The translations under genes and the position numbers were made by a program. A stretch of DNA of 64,000 bases from Patescibacteria group bacterium (GTDB lineage Bacteria; Patescibacteriota; Minisyncoccia; Phycocordibacterales; UBA2100). The notes beneath the pieces are model-generated. The model saw only the letters and a program-made list of their open reading frames with translations, was not told the DNA's origin and did no database searches. Shown here piece after piece: positions 9,780 to 18,154 of this stretch (its first letter is position 1; every line of letters begins with the position of its first letter). Where the stretch lies: the NCBI GenBank assembly GCA_021731295.1, contig JAKFXQ010000001.1, positions 1,636 through 65,635 on the forward strand. The letters run 5' to 3'.

Positions 9780-9959
9780 TTACGCAAGCAACGGTTGTTC
9801 GAGTTTCTGTGGCAAACCTTCAAGCTCCGCGTCAATTGCTCTGAATTCTGCGTAGAGTGCTTCGAGCGTTTTCGTCCCTTCTTCGCGAAGTGTCTGCGTA
9901 GCGCTTGCGACCTCGTCGGCCAGCGCTTCCATTTCCTTCAAATCGTTTTCGGTATCCAT
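9780..9959 (-). CDS. hypothetical small acidic protein (59 aa, MDTENDLKEMEALADEV...)
   Basis: Complete ATG..TAA ORF, just below the 60-aa track cutoff, 10 nt downstream of the coiled-coil gene on the same strand; predicted helical. Confidence 0.4.
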   Translation of the reverse strand: MDTENDLKEMEALADEVASATQTLREEGTKTLEALYAEFRAIDAELEGLPQKLEQPLLA

Positions 9960-9969
9960 ACGCTAGCTA

Positions 9970-11226
9970 TTAGAGCTTCTTATAAATCGCACTGTCTACG
10001 ACGCCGTCAAGAAATGCCACCTCCTCCTGTGCCCCCCGCAGATCCTTGATGCGGTCTCGAAACGCGGGCAATTTCTCACATAACTCTTTGAGTGCCGCCC
10101 GCCACTTAACGGAGTCCGTACCAGGATCGGCAATACCATTGTCCGTAAGATCCTGCAAGAGATTTACACCCTCCATGGAACCTCCATCGTCCATGCGCTC
10201 CGTGAGTACTTTGGCAATGTCGTCAGCTCCGACTGGAGTCTCTGGAAGTAGTTCAGCTATGATTGACTCGACATCGCGCGAGGCGCGACCAGTTTCGACA
10301 GCCGAAGATGGGGAGGCAGGTGCGCGAGTACTGCCCGGCAAAGCATCAACTGGCGGCGGTGTTGGTGCATTGTCTGGACGACGCACCATTCCCGCGTACT
10401 GCGACGCAACTCGGTCAATACCCGTTTTCACTATGGCCCTATCAGCCTCGATTCGTTCGCGGTGAGCGTATGCAGACTCGAGTTGCACCATGAGGGCCTT
10501 GATGGCTTTCTTTGAGTCTTTCGTCTGGTCTTCGAATGTTTTGCGGACACGCTCGTAACGGTCCATGTCCTCCTTCGTTGTGATGCCGCGACGCATTTGC
10601 TGCAATCGAGCCATTTTTTCGGCAGCGGTATTCGTACGGATCTCGTGATCTTTCATGACCGTCTCTAGTTTTTCAATATGCTCGTTGACTGGTCGCAGCC
10701 GCTCATCCACAACCTTCAGCGTACTCTCCATAGCCTTTGTCATTGATTCCGAGTGCATTAATCGACGTCTGTCGAGTTCGTCTCGTTGTTTGCTTACGGT
10801 CTCGTATGCATTAGTGGCGGCAAAGGCGCCGTCGCGCGCCGCGGTCATTGATGCGTCGTGCTTACTTAGGTGGCGGGAAGCGCGCCTGATGCGCATCTCG
10901 TTGATGCGATCTGAGAACGGCAGTCTCTTCCATTGATTTTCTGGGTCTTGCAACTTTTCGAGTCGTTCTTGTAGGGGCCCCCGTCCATCTTCTAGGCCGT
11001 CCAGCCTTCCATTCGTCTCGTCTGCACGAGATTTGAGAACGGCAAGGTCAGCTTCTGTAACCGATGCCGCCTTCGTGGTCTCTCTGTACCCCTTCGCTGC
11101 CGCACCCATGCGTGCGTCGAGCCCCGAAAGCAAATCGTTGGCCCATCGCTTTCCTGGCTTGCTGTCTAAACCAAGTTGTTTAGACTCATCCTTCAGTTCA
11201 GATACTTTGGGTGTCGCTTCAACCAT
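9970..11226 (-). CDS. hypothetical long coiled-coil protein (418 aa)
   Basis: Long heptad-rich helical segments and a Pro-rich linker (PDNAPTPPPVDALPGSTRAPASP); no enzymatic motif. Lies between mreB2 and the 59-aa gene. Confidence 0.5.
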   Translation of the reverse strand: MVEATPKVSELKDESKQLGLDSKPGKRWANDLLSGLDARMGAAAKGYRETTKAASVTEADLAVLKSRADETNGRLDGLEDGRGPLQERLEKLQDPENQWKRLPFSDRINEMRIRRASRHLSKHDASMTAARDGAFAATNAYETVSKQRDELDRRRLMHSESMTKAMESTLKVVDERLRPVNEHIEKLETVMKDHEIRTNTAAEKMARLQQMRRGITTKEDMDRYERVRKTFEDQTKDSKKAIKALMVQLESAYAHRERIEADRAIVKTGIDRVASQYAGMVRRPDNAPTPPPVDALPGSTRAPASPSSAVETGRASRDVESIIAELLPETPVGADDIAKVLTERMDDGGSMEGVNLLQDLTDNGIADPGTDSVKWRAALKELCEKLPAFRDRIKDLRGAQEEVAFLDGVVDSAIYKKL

Positions 11227-11308
11227 AGTTAATCGTTATCGGTAAGTGGGCGCACGCCCGTACCTCCATGATACAGAGAAGCTACCTCTTCGGAAACAGT
11301 TATACACA

Positions 11309-12319
11309 CTACCGCTTACTCATGATTGCCTTCTTGTAGACGTCGAGATGTTTGAGGGCCTCGCCGGTTCCCTTTACCACACAGTACTGTGCGTCTGCCG
11401 CGAGCTGGGCCTTTACGCCTGTGCGACGAAAGATGAGTTCAGGGAAATTGCGCAGCTGGGACGTGCCGCCCGTCATGATGATGCCGTTATCAATGATGTC
11501 AGAGGCTAGTTCTGGTGGCGTCTCTTGGAGCACGTCTTTGACCGCCTGCACCATGACGCGCAGTTCCTTGGCGACGGCCCGCACAGCTTCGTTCGTACCG
11601 AGCTCGATAGAGCGAGGAAGACCGGTCAGATAGTCACGCCCCTTCACGGTCATCGTGAGCTCTTCCTCGACTGGCACGGCAGAACCGATGGTGATTTTGA
11701 TACGTTCGGCCATCTTGTCGCCGACCGCTAGATTGAATGTTTTCTTTATATAGTCAGCTATCGCATGGTCCACTCTATTCCCCGCACACTTCACCGAGGT
11801 AGATGCCACAATGCCGCCGAGCGAAATGACGGCGACGTCCGTCGTGCCGCCACCAATGTCTACAATCATGTGTCCGCGCGCCTCGTGAATGGGGATGCCA
11901 GCGCCAATCGCGGCAAGAATCGGCTCTTTGACGACGTATGCCTGTCTGGCACCTGCCTTTGTTGCAGCTTCTACAACGGCGCGACGTTCTGTTGAAGAAA
12001 CGCCGGCTGGAACGGACACCATGACTTCTGGTCTGAAAATGTTGTATCTCCCCAGCGCTTTGCGCATGAAATAGCGCAGCATGGCTTCCGTAACGCGATA
12101 GTTTGCAATGACGCCGTCTTTCATCGGGCGATACGCTTTTATTTCATCGGGTGTGCGGCCAATCATCTCTTTCGCCTCATTCCCGATGGCAAGGATTTTG
12201 TTGTCGTCGGAGACGGCGACGACGGATGGTTCGTTCAAGACGATGCCGCGGCCGGGAACATATACCAATACTGTCGTTGTGCCTAAGTCGATGCCGAGCT
12301 TTGGAGTAAAGAATGACAC
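11309..12319 (-). CDS. mreB: second actin-homolog MreB/Mbl paralog (GTG start, leaderless)
   Basis: VSFFTPKLGIDLGTTTVLVYVPGRGIVLNEPSVVAV...; about 55% identical by eye to the mreB at 3993. Start set at the GTG placed 6 nt after a TACAAT -10 box. Confidence 0.8.
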   Translation of the reverse strand: MSFFTPKLGIDLGTTTVLVYVPGRGIVLNEPSVVAVSDDNKILAIGNEAKEMIGRTPDEIKAYRPMKDGVIANYRVTEAMLRYFMRKALGRYNIFRPEVMVSVPAGVSSTERRAVVEAATKAGARQAYVVKEPILAAIGAGIPIHEARGHMIVDIGGGTTDVAVISLGGIVASTSVKCAGNRVDHAIADYIKKTFNLAVGDKMAERIKITIGSAVPVEEELTMTVKGRDYLTGLPRSIELGTNEAVRAVAKELRVMVQAVKDVLQETPPELASDIIDNGIIMTGGTSQLRNFPELIFRRTGVKAQLAADAQYCVVKGTGEALKHLDVYKKAIMSKR

Positions 12320-12325
12320 CTGCGC

Positions 12326-12353
12326 ATTGTATCCACAGACCTGCCTTTGACAA
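12326..12353 (-). promoter_or_regulatory. sigma70-type promoter of mreB2 (TTGTCA-16-TACAAT), leaderless arrangement
   Basis: Minus strand reads ttgtcaaaggcaggtctgtggatacaatgcgcagGTG; near-consensus hexamers, start codon 6 nt after the -10. Confidence 0.55.
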
Positions 12354-12383
12354 ACAAACGGGGCGCCTCTTGGGCGCCCCGTG
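12349..12383 (-). terminator. rho-independent terminator downstream of purM
   Basis: Minus strand ACGGGGCGCC-caaga-GGCGCCCCGT followed by ttgtttgtc; the T-tail overlaps the mreB2 -35 box. Confidence 0.6.
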
Positions 12384-12424
12384 TCATTTGTGTGCACTCG
12401 TCAATATTTTCCGGCGGACGCGTG

Positions 12425-13531
12425 CTAGCGAATACTCATTGTCTCGCCAGCGAACTCGAGTCCTAGTGGCGAAATGACGACGCGCTTGCGGCCCGTCTCC
12501 ACGTAACCCGCATCCATGAGCTTGTCGCCGGTCTGGAAGCCGAGCGCGATAGCTTTCTCTGCATCGTCCGGATGCACGAAGATGGCAAAGCCCGCGCCCA
12601 TGTTGAACGTCTGGTACATCTCGCGCGTTTCAATCTTTCCCGCTTCTTGCATCATGCGGAAGATTGGTTGCTCGGGAGGCAGGCGTTCCAAGACATACGT
12701 GAACGCCTTCTCCAGACGCATGAGCTTGCGCCAGCCGTGACCGGTTACGTTCACGAGATACGAGATACGAATACCTTCGTCGAGAAGCTTCTCGATGAGC
12801 CGCGCGTAGATGCGCGTTGGCCGCAAGATGTCCTCGCCGTAGGTGAGCTTGGTATCAGGAACCGGCGTGTCGTATCGCTTCGGCAGTCTCTCGGCGATTT
12901 TGCGCGCGAGCGTGAGCCCGTTCGCGTGAATGCCATTCGACTGCGCGAAGAGAATGCGATGCCCGGGCTGGACATCGCCGCTGACTTTGCGCGTCTTCGG
13001 GAATATCTGCCCGACACACGCACACGACAGCGAGCATTCACCGGGCACGATGATGTCTCGAAGTACCGGCGTCTCACCGGGACCCCAAATCATCCGCGCG
13101 TCGTCACAGGCCGCCCGCCAACCCGTGCAGAGTTCGACCCAGCGTGGCTGGAATGCGAACCAGTCGGATTCGGCGACCTGCAGGTGCATGCTGGCATTCA
13201 CGGGCGCCGCACCAGAGGTAATGACGTCGTTCACTGCCATCGCGACCGTGTCGAACGCGTTGTGTCTCCAGAGATACTCTTTGCCACCCCACGCGAGACG
13301 TCGCGTCGCGACGTTCTTGGTGCCGAGGCCTTCATCCACGAACGCGAGGTACCGGTCAGGCAGCTCGATGAGGTGGGCACTTTCGCCACGGCTCGCGGTT
13401 ACGTCCACGACGCCAAGGCGCACGGCATTGCCCTTGGTCGCGTACGCGCAGACTTGCGCGTAGCGCTTGAACTCGTCCACCGGGTCATAGTCCACGCCGG
13501 CGTCTTTGTAGGTCAGACCTTTCGAAACCAT
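12425..13531 (-). CDS. purM: phosphoribosylformylglycinamidine cyclo-ligase-like protein (AIR synthase, PurM family)
   Basis: GLTYKDAGVDYD... (compare E. coli LSYKDAGVDIDAGN), GLGTKNV, VNDVITSGAAP, LRPTRIY, EMYQTFNMGAGF match PurM blocks. ORF trimmed to the PurM-like ATG; no other pur genes nearby. Confidence 0.7.
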   Translation of the reverse strand: MVSKGLTYKDAGVDYDPVDEFKRYAQVCAYATKGNAVRLGVVDVTASRGESAHLIELPDRYLAFVDEGLGTKNVATRRLAWGGKEYLWRHNAFDTVAMAVNDVITSGAAPVNASMHLQVAESDWFAFQPRWVELCTGWRAACDDARMIWGPGETPVLRDIIVPGECSLSCACVGQIFPKTRKVSGDVQPGHRILFAQSNGIHANGLTLARKIAERLPKRYDTPVPDTKLTYGEDILRPTRIYARLIEKLLDEGIRISYLVNVTGHGWRKLMRLEKAFTYVLERLPPEQPIFRMMQEAGKIETREMYQTFNMGAGFAIFVHPDDAEKAIALGFQTGDKLMDAGYVETGRKRVVISPLGLEFAGETMSIR

Positions 13532-13599
13532 TTGTCTGTACTCCCTATGTGACCGCCCATGCGGTCCCGCGGGCACTCTGACACCACTGCGTATGTGGG

Positions 13600-13875
13600 T
13601 CAACGCTTCGGCTCCTCGATATCTCGCGGCTTTAACTCCCACCAAAATTTTTTACTGAAGTTCTTTGAGTCGCCGCAGACACGTTTTAAGTAGTAGAGGT
13701 CTTTGGTCGGTATGCCTTCGAGTATTTTTCCCATGTGCGCCATGGAGATTGGCGGGTAGTTGTCGCGGAGGCGCTGCGCATTCAAACGCTCGCAGAAATG
13801 CTCCATCAGCTCACCCCTTTCGGTCGCCCGAACGCGCTGTTGGGGGGTCTTTAGGTGGACTTGTATGTGCTTCAT
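13600..13875 (-). CDS. hypothetical protein (91 aa from MKHIQVHLKTPQQRV...)
   Basis: ORF 13600..13950 trimmed to an internal ATG to avoid overlap with the upstream structured region; no recognisable domain. Confidence 0.35.
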   Translation of the reverse strand: MKHIQVHLKTPQQRVRATERGELMEHFCERLNAQRLRDNYPPISMAHMGKILEGIPTKDLYYLKRVCGDSKNFSKKFWWELKPRDIEEPKR

Positions 13876-13963
13876 CGCAGCTATTGTAACTTCCGATAAC
13901 CTGTTGTATAGTGCGCGCCGCGTGGCACCTCGTGCCGAGCACCTCCGCAAGGGGTCTTCGGCA

Positions 13964-14090
13964 AGAGGTCGCCACCACCAGCACCCCCCGCTGGCTGTAG
14001 GCCTCCCCCCGGCACACAGATCCGTGGTGGCGACCTCATTGGAGCCCTTCTCTGCATTCCCCCCGTGTGCAGAAAGGGCTCCTTCTTTTT
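13964..14090 (+). promoter_or_regulatory. structured leader upstream of def: 14-bp perfect inverted repeat (13964-13977 / 14023-14036) followed by a terminator-like hairpin (14040-14081) with U-tract
   Basis: gaggtcgccaccac...gtggtggcgacctc; then ggagccctt-N24-aagggctcc ttctttttt; a TATAGT -10 box at 14108-14113 lies 7 nt before the def ATG. Confidence 0.5.
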
Positions 14091-14120
14091 TGTCATATTT
14101 GCTTTGCTATAGTGCTCGCT

Positions 14121-14666
14121 ATGCGTTCCATCATTCCGATACAAGACAACCCGACGCTCCGTATAAAGGCGCGGACGGTGAGCGAGGACGAGATTGGCTC
14201 CCCCGCCCTCACGACACTTATTGCTGAAATGAAGGCACTGTTGGAAAAGGAAGAGTACGGTGTGGCACTCGCCGCACCGCAAGTCGGTGAATCACTTCGC
14301 GTGTTCGTCGTTTCTGGCGACGCAGTGCGCAGGCGCAAAGCATCGTACGATGACGCCGACGGCGAGGTTATTCCGATGGATCAGGTCTACATCAACCCCT
14401 CTATTGAAAAGATGTCTCGCACGAAGAAAGACAAGCACGAAGGCTGTCTCTCGGTGCGCGGCAAATGGGGCATGGTGCCACGCGCGGAGAAAGTCAGCTT
14501 GCGCTATCTCGACGAAACAGGAGCGGTGAAAGAACGTGGCGCTTCCGGACTTCTCGCTCACATCTTTCAGCACGAGATAGACCACCTCGAGGGCATCGTC
14601 TACATCGACAAGGCAACTGAAGTTTTCGATGACGAATCCACAGACAGTGATGGCGCGGAATCGTAG
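14121..14666 (+). CDS. def: peptide deformylase
   Basis: MRSIIPIQDNPTLRIKARTV..., motifs GVALAAPQVG, EGCLS, QHEIDHLEG. Start trimmed to the PDF-like ATG, probably leaderless. Confidence 0.9.
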   Translation: MRSIIPIQDNPTLRIKARTVSEDEIGSPALTTLIAEMKALLEKEEYGVALAAPQVGESLRVFVVSGDAVRRRKASYDDADGEVIPMDQVYINPSIEKMSRTKKDKHEGCLSVRGKWGMVPRAEKVSLRYLDETGAVKERGASGLLAHIFQHEIDHLEGIVYIDKATEVFDDESTDSDGAES

Positions 14667-14681
14667 TCGCGCTATCGTGGA

Positions 14682-15230
14682 GTGATGTTTAAAAACCATC
14701 TCTCGACCCTCAAGCTTTTTGCGTGGGTCTTTTATATCGGCGGGGGCGCGCTCTCATTAGCTCATCTTGCGCAGAATCTTGCTGAAGGTGCGGCGGCGGA
14801 TTTGTATTTCTCGATTGACGCCGCATGGGCGTTCGCTCTTCTCGGTGGAGGCTTGTACCTCGTCACACACGTGAAAAAGCTTCTGCCAAAACATCGGCGA
14901 GAAGTGCTGTTCGTTGTTACCGCCGAGTTCGCCTTCAGTGTCGTGTATAGCTCGGTGCTCTTCTTTATGTGGAACGCGCATCCGTTAGGAATCGAACCGT
15001 CTATCGGCCCCGACACGAGTTTTGTGTGGGGAGCATATCTTGCAGGAATCCTGTTTAGCGCTCTCGTCTATATGGTGATGGTGAATGCCATAAATGGCGT
15101 CGCGGGCGTAAAAGAAAAGCATTCTAAGGACCGCTCGGTCATCTATATGGCAATCGTCATAACGGTATTCGTTGTTTTCCTCGGCGCCATTTTCTGGGAC
15201 CCTGCGACGGGCACCTTCAACGTGCTATAA
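14682..15230 (+). CDS. hypothetical integral membrane protein (about 5 TM)
   Basis: Hydrophobic ORF inserted between def and fmt; overlaps the fmt start. Confidence 0.5.
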   Translation: MMFKNHLSTLKLFAWVFYIGGGALSLAHLAQNLAEGAAADLYFSIDAAWAFALLGGGLYLVTHVKKLLPKHRREVLFVVTAEFAFSVVYSSVLFFMWNAHPLGIEPSIGPDTSFVWGAYLAGILFSALVYMVMVNAINGVAGVKEKHSKDRSVIYMAIVITVFVVFLGAIFWDPATGTFNVL

Positions 15231-15237
15231 CTCAGGC

Positions 15238-16092
15238 GTGAACACGTCCCCGCGCATTGCCTTCTTTGGCACGGACCCGTTGGCCGGCCCCATTCTCGCT
15301 GAACTCGAAGCAGTTGGCATCACCCCGGCACTCATCGTTGCCGGAGCAGACAAGCTCGACCGAAAGAAAAATCCGGTTGCACCGACTGAAAAACAGTGGG
15401 CACACGAGCATGGCGTCGCTGTTCTCCAGCCGGAAAAGATTGATACGGCATTTCTGGATACACTTCGCGCGAGCGAGTGGGACCTCTTTATTGTCGCCTC
15501 GTACGGCAAGATTCTCCCGACGGCGCTCCTTTCGATTCCCAAACGCGGCGTCTTGAATGTGCACCCCTCACTCTTACCGCTATTGCGAGGCCCTTCGCCG
15601 ATTCGCAGTGCAATTCTTCACGACATGCAGGAGACCGGCGTCACCATCATGCAGATGGATGCTGAAATGGATCATGGACCAATAATCTCGCAGAAGAAAA
15701 TAAGGGTGGAACCTTGGCCGATGAAGGGACGCGAGCTCGATGCGCTACTCGCGAACGAAGGCGCACGGCTTCTGGCGTCGGTCGTCCCGTTGTGGCTCAC
15801 GGAAGACATCGAGGCTCGTGAGCAGAATCATGAACTCGCGACGTACTGCAGTTTTCTTGAGAAAGAGCACGGCGAAATTAACCTGTCAGATGATGCTCGT
15901 GCGAACCTGCTGAAGATTCACGCCTACGACGGCTGGCCAAGTGCGTTCTTCTTTGCGGAGCGCGCCGGTAAGCGCATGCGCGTACAAATCGTGGACGCGC
16001 ACATTGAACACGGAAAGCTCATACTCGATACGGTGAAGCCGGAAGGAAAATCGGTGATGAGTTATCCGGAATTTGAGCGCGGAAACGCTTGA
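15238..16092 (+). CDS. fmt: methionyl-tRNA formyltransferase
   Basis: RIAFFGTDPLAGPILAEL..., NVHPSLLPLLRGPSPIRSAILHD (formyltransferase HxSLLPxxRG motif). GTG start chosen at 15238, in frame with ORF 15172. Confidence 0.85.
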   Translation: MNTSPRIAFFGTDPLAGPILAELEAVGITPALIVAGADKLDRKKNPVAPTEKQWAHEHGVAVLQPEKIDTAFLDTLRASEWDLFIVASYGKILPTALLSIPKRGVLNVHPSLLPLLRGPSPIRSAILHDMQETGVTIMQMDAEMDHGPIISQKKIRVEPWPMKGRELDALLANEGARLLASVVPLWLTEDIEAREQNHELATYCSFLEKEHGEINLSDDARANLLKIHAYDGWPSAFFFAERAGKRMRVQIVDAHIEHGKLILDTVKPEGKSVMSYPEFERGNA

Positions 16093-16165
16093 CTTTTCGC
16101 GTATCTATGGCAGGTTGTACGTAGTGCTGGGGAGCACACAACCACGCGTAGAGGAGTTGCGTTCT

Positions 16166-16351
16166 ATGAGTACGCCTGCCCCGAACGAGAAACAGGTTAC
16201 CAAGGTTGTCCGCGCCGTCTTCGACCAAGAGCCTGTCGCCGTCGAGGCGATTCGCATCGGCCGGAAGGGCCAGTTCGTCGTCGATGTCGTCACGGAGACC
16301 GGCCGAGCCACGATCATGACGCCCTACAACGCGCGTCACGCCGTCCACTGA
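16166..16351 (+). CDS. hypothetical small protein (61 aa)
   Basis: GAGGAG SD 8 nt upstream of the ATG (MSTPAPNEKQVTKVV...). Confidence 0.4.
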   Translation: MSTPAPNEKQVTKVVRAVFDQEPVAVEAIRIGRKGQFVVDVVTETGRATIMTPYNARHAVH

Positions 16352-16418
16352 TTTCGGACGAGCGCCCCACGACCACAGCGAAAAGCGCCGATATGATGTC
16401 GGCGCTTTCCATTTGTAC

Positions 16419-16781
16419 CTAGCCGCGCATGCGACGCTTCACTTCTCTTCCCTTCTTCTTGTTGTCCGTCGTGCGTGATTTCTTTTCTTTGCGAATTTGT
16501 CGCTCGATTTCTGAGCGCACGTCGTCAATAGACGCTTTGACGGTAGCCGCGTGGTTACGGGCATACAGCGGCTTACCGCCTGTCGTCAGGATGCGGATTT
16601 CCGTGTACCACATGTAGTCGCTGGTGTGCTTGCCGCTCGCTTTTCCAATTTCTACTTCACAGCGCGTCTTTCCGGCTGTCTCGGCGCCGAGCATTTTCTC
16701 TATCGCCGTGAGTTTGATGTCGAGGTAGCTCGCGATGTCCGGAGTGATTTTGTAGTTGGTTGCTTTCGTGCGGAGTTCCAT
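16419..16781 (-). CDS. hpf: ribosome hibernation promoting factor / ribosome-associated inhibitor A (RaiA/HPF family)
   Basis: MELRTKATNYKITPDIASYLDIKLTAIEKM... typical HPF beta-alpha-beta fold sequence with a basic C-terminal tail. Confidence 0.75.
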   Translation of the reverse strand: MELRTKATNYKITPDIASYLDIKLTAIEKMLGAETAGKTRCEVEIGKASGKHTSDYMWYTEIRILTTGGKPLYARNHAATVKASIDDVRSEIERQIRKEKKSRTTDNKKKGREVKRRMRG

Positions 16782-16806
16782 AGGAATATCGTTACTGGGT
16801 ATGTAT

Positions 16807-17070
16807 TCATCGTATCACGGTGAAGCGTTTTTTGCGGGAGCGCGCCCCACTCACGAAACGCACCGCTTTCGGCGCAACGCCAAAGTACACGGCGAGTAGC
16901 TCGCGCACGCGCTCGTTTGCTGCATTGTCCTGCGCCGGCTCTTTCACGGATATGTCGAAAACGCCGTCGCGCGACTCTATGCGTTCACGCCGCGAATCAG
17001 GCGTTACGTGAACAACGATAGTGCTACTTTCACGCGGTATTGATGATGTGCTGGATGACCGTTTCGACAT
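16807..17070 (-). CDS. DUF167 / YggU (UPF0235) family protein
   Basis: VKEPAQDNAANERVRELLAVYFGVAPKAVRFVSGARSRKKRFTV matches the YggU signature (VKP..GKAN..L...LA..F.V....V.I.SG..SR.K). Confidence 0.65.
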   Translation of the reverse strand: MSKRSSSTSSIPRESSTIVVHVTPDSRRERIESRDGVFDISVKEPAQDNAANERVRELLAVYFGVAPKAVRFVSGARSRKKRFTVIR

Positions 17071-17461
17071 CTTCTTCAGAGACTGCCATCTGCTTCGCCT
17101 TTGCCGCTTCGATAATCACCTGGACTTTCGGTCCGTTGCGGACTCGATCATAGTCAGTCCTGTCCTTTCGGGCGAGTGCTTCCTTACGAACGGCGACGAT
17201 GCTGTCGAATGCCTGGTTGATTGCGGGATTAGAGCTAAGACTTCGCAACAGATACGCCGCGCCCGGAGTAAACGTTTCGGCATTCCCCGCATCAGGTGAT
17301 CCGGCTGTCTGACGGAGTCCAAATACTGTTCGAGGCGGAAAACCGCCGGCCTCGTATTTCTGATGTGTCGGGATGTCACCATCTCCGAATTCTTTTTGAG
17401 ACGGGATTTTCGGAATGCTGTCATCGCCGAATTCTTTTCGAGACGGAATGCTTTCAGACAT
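17030..17461 (-). CDS. hypothetical protein with N-terminal tandem SIPxxKEFGDxxIP repeats
   Basis: MSESIPSRKEFGDDSIPKIPSQKEFGDGDIP... then a helical C-terminal domain; overlaps the yggU 3' end in another frame. Confidence 0.4.
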   Translation of the reverse strand: MSESIPSRKEFGDDSIPKIPSQKEFGDGDIPTHQKYEAGGFPPRTVFGLRQTAGSPDAGNAETFTPGAAYLLRSLSSNPAINQAFDSIVAVRKEALARKDRTDYDRVRNGPKVQVIIEAAKAKQMAVSEEDVETVIQHIINTA

Positions 17462-17474
17462 AGAGGTGCTCTAG

Positions 17475-18080
17475 GTGAATATGTATACGTGCATAGTAGC
17501 ACGTACGACACTTTCGCCATGGCACAATGTGCCGATGGACGCTCTTTTGGAGTGGGACACAGGGATGGCCGCCATCCTCTACTACATCGGCCGGATGCTC
17601 CCTGGCGGAGACATGCTCATTGTCGGCGTTGGCATGTACGCAACATTCGCTCTCGCCGCGCTCGGTGCCCTCTGGCTCATGCGCGCCGTTTGGCTCAAAG
17701 ACCCTCGCGTCATGGGGATTGTCTGGGCCGTATGCGGTGCGCTCGTTGCCCGTTTTGGTATTACCGAAGTCCTACAGTTCATTGTCGCCCGAGAGCGCCC
17801 GTACATGACGCTTAATCTCGACCCCCTCATCCTTCAGACCGACTATTCGTTCCCGTCTGGCCATGCGACCTTCTTTTTCGCCCTCGCCATGGGCCTCATG
17901 TACGTCGATCGTCGCCTCGGTCTCGCCTTTTTCGGCATTGCTGCCGCCATTTCCGTTGCCCGGATTATGGCTGGTGTGCACTACCCATTCGACATCCTCG
18001 GCGGTGCCCTTGTGGGCATCCTGACGAGTGCTGTGGTTATGTCTCTGCGAGGATTGAAATCTATTCCCCGTCGGCTATAA
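17475..18080 (+). CDS. PAP2-family phosphatase (phosphatidic acid / undecaprenyl-diphosphate phosphatase-like)
   Basis: PAP2 motifs SFPSGH and ARIMAGVHYPFD; multiple TM helices. An alternative start exists at 17535. Confidence 0.75.
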   Translation: MNMYTCIVARTTLSPWHNVPMDALLEWDTGMAAILYYIGRMLPGGDMLIVGVGMYATFALAALGALWLMRAVWLKDPRVMGIVWAVCGALVARFGITEVLQFIVARERPYMTLNLDPLILQTDYSFPSGHATFFFALAMGLMYVDRRLGLAFFGIAAAISVARIMAGVHYPFDILGGALVGILTSAVVMSLRGLKSIPRRL

Positions 18081-18113
18081 TCCCGCCACGTGGCAACACG
18101 CTATTCCCTCGGT

Positions 18114-18154
18114 ACCTGCCTGCCGGCAGGCAGGGCTCAATGGTTGAATCCATT
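18114..18154 (+). other. 20-nt perfect palindrome (cctgcctgcc/ggcaggcagg), then a 13-nt copy of the tRNA-Asn D-arm (gctcaatggttga), then IR caatgg-ttgaat-ccattg
   Basis: Direct reading. 18134-18146 is identical to 18203-18215 inside tRNA-Asn. Not a foldable tRNA. Confidence 0.5.

Noticed and set aside
12572-13552. 326-aa plus-strand ORF antisense to purM
   Set aside because: Shadow ORF in a GC-rich gene. The minus-strand frame has clear PurM blocks, while the plus frame has none.
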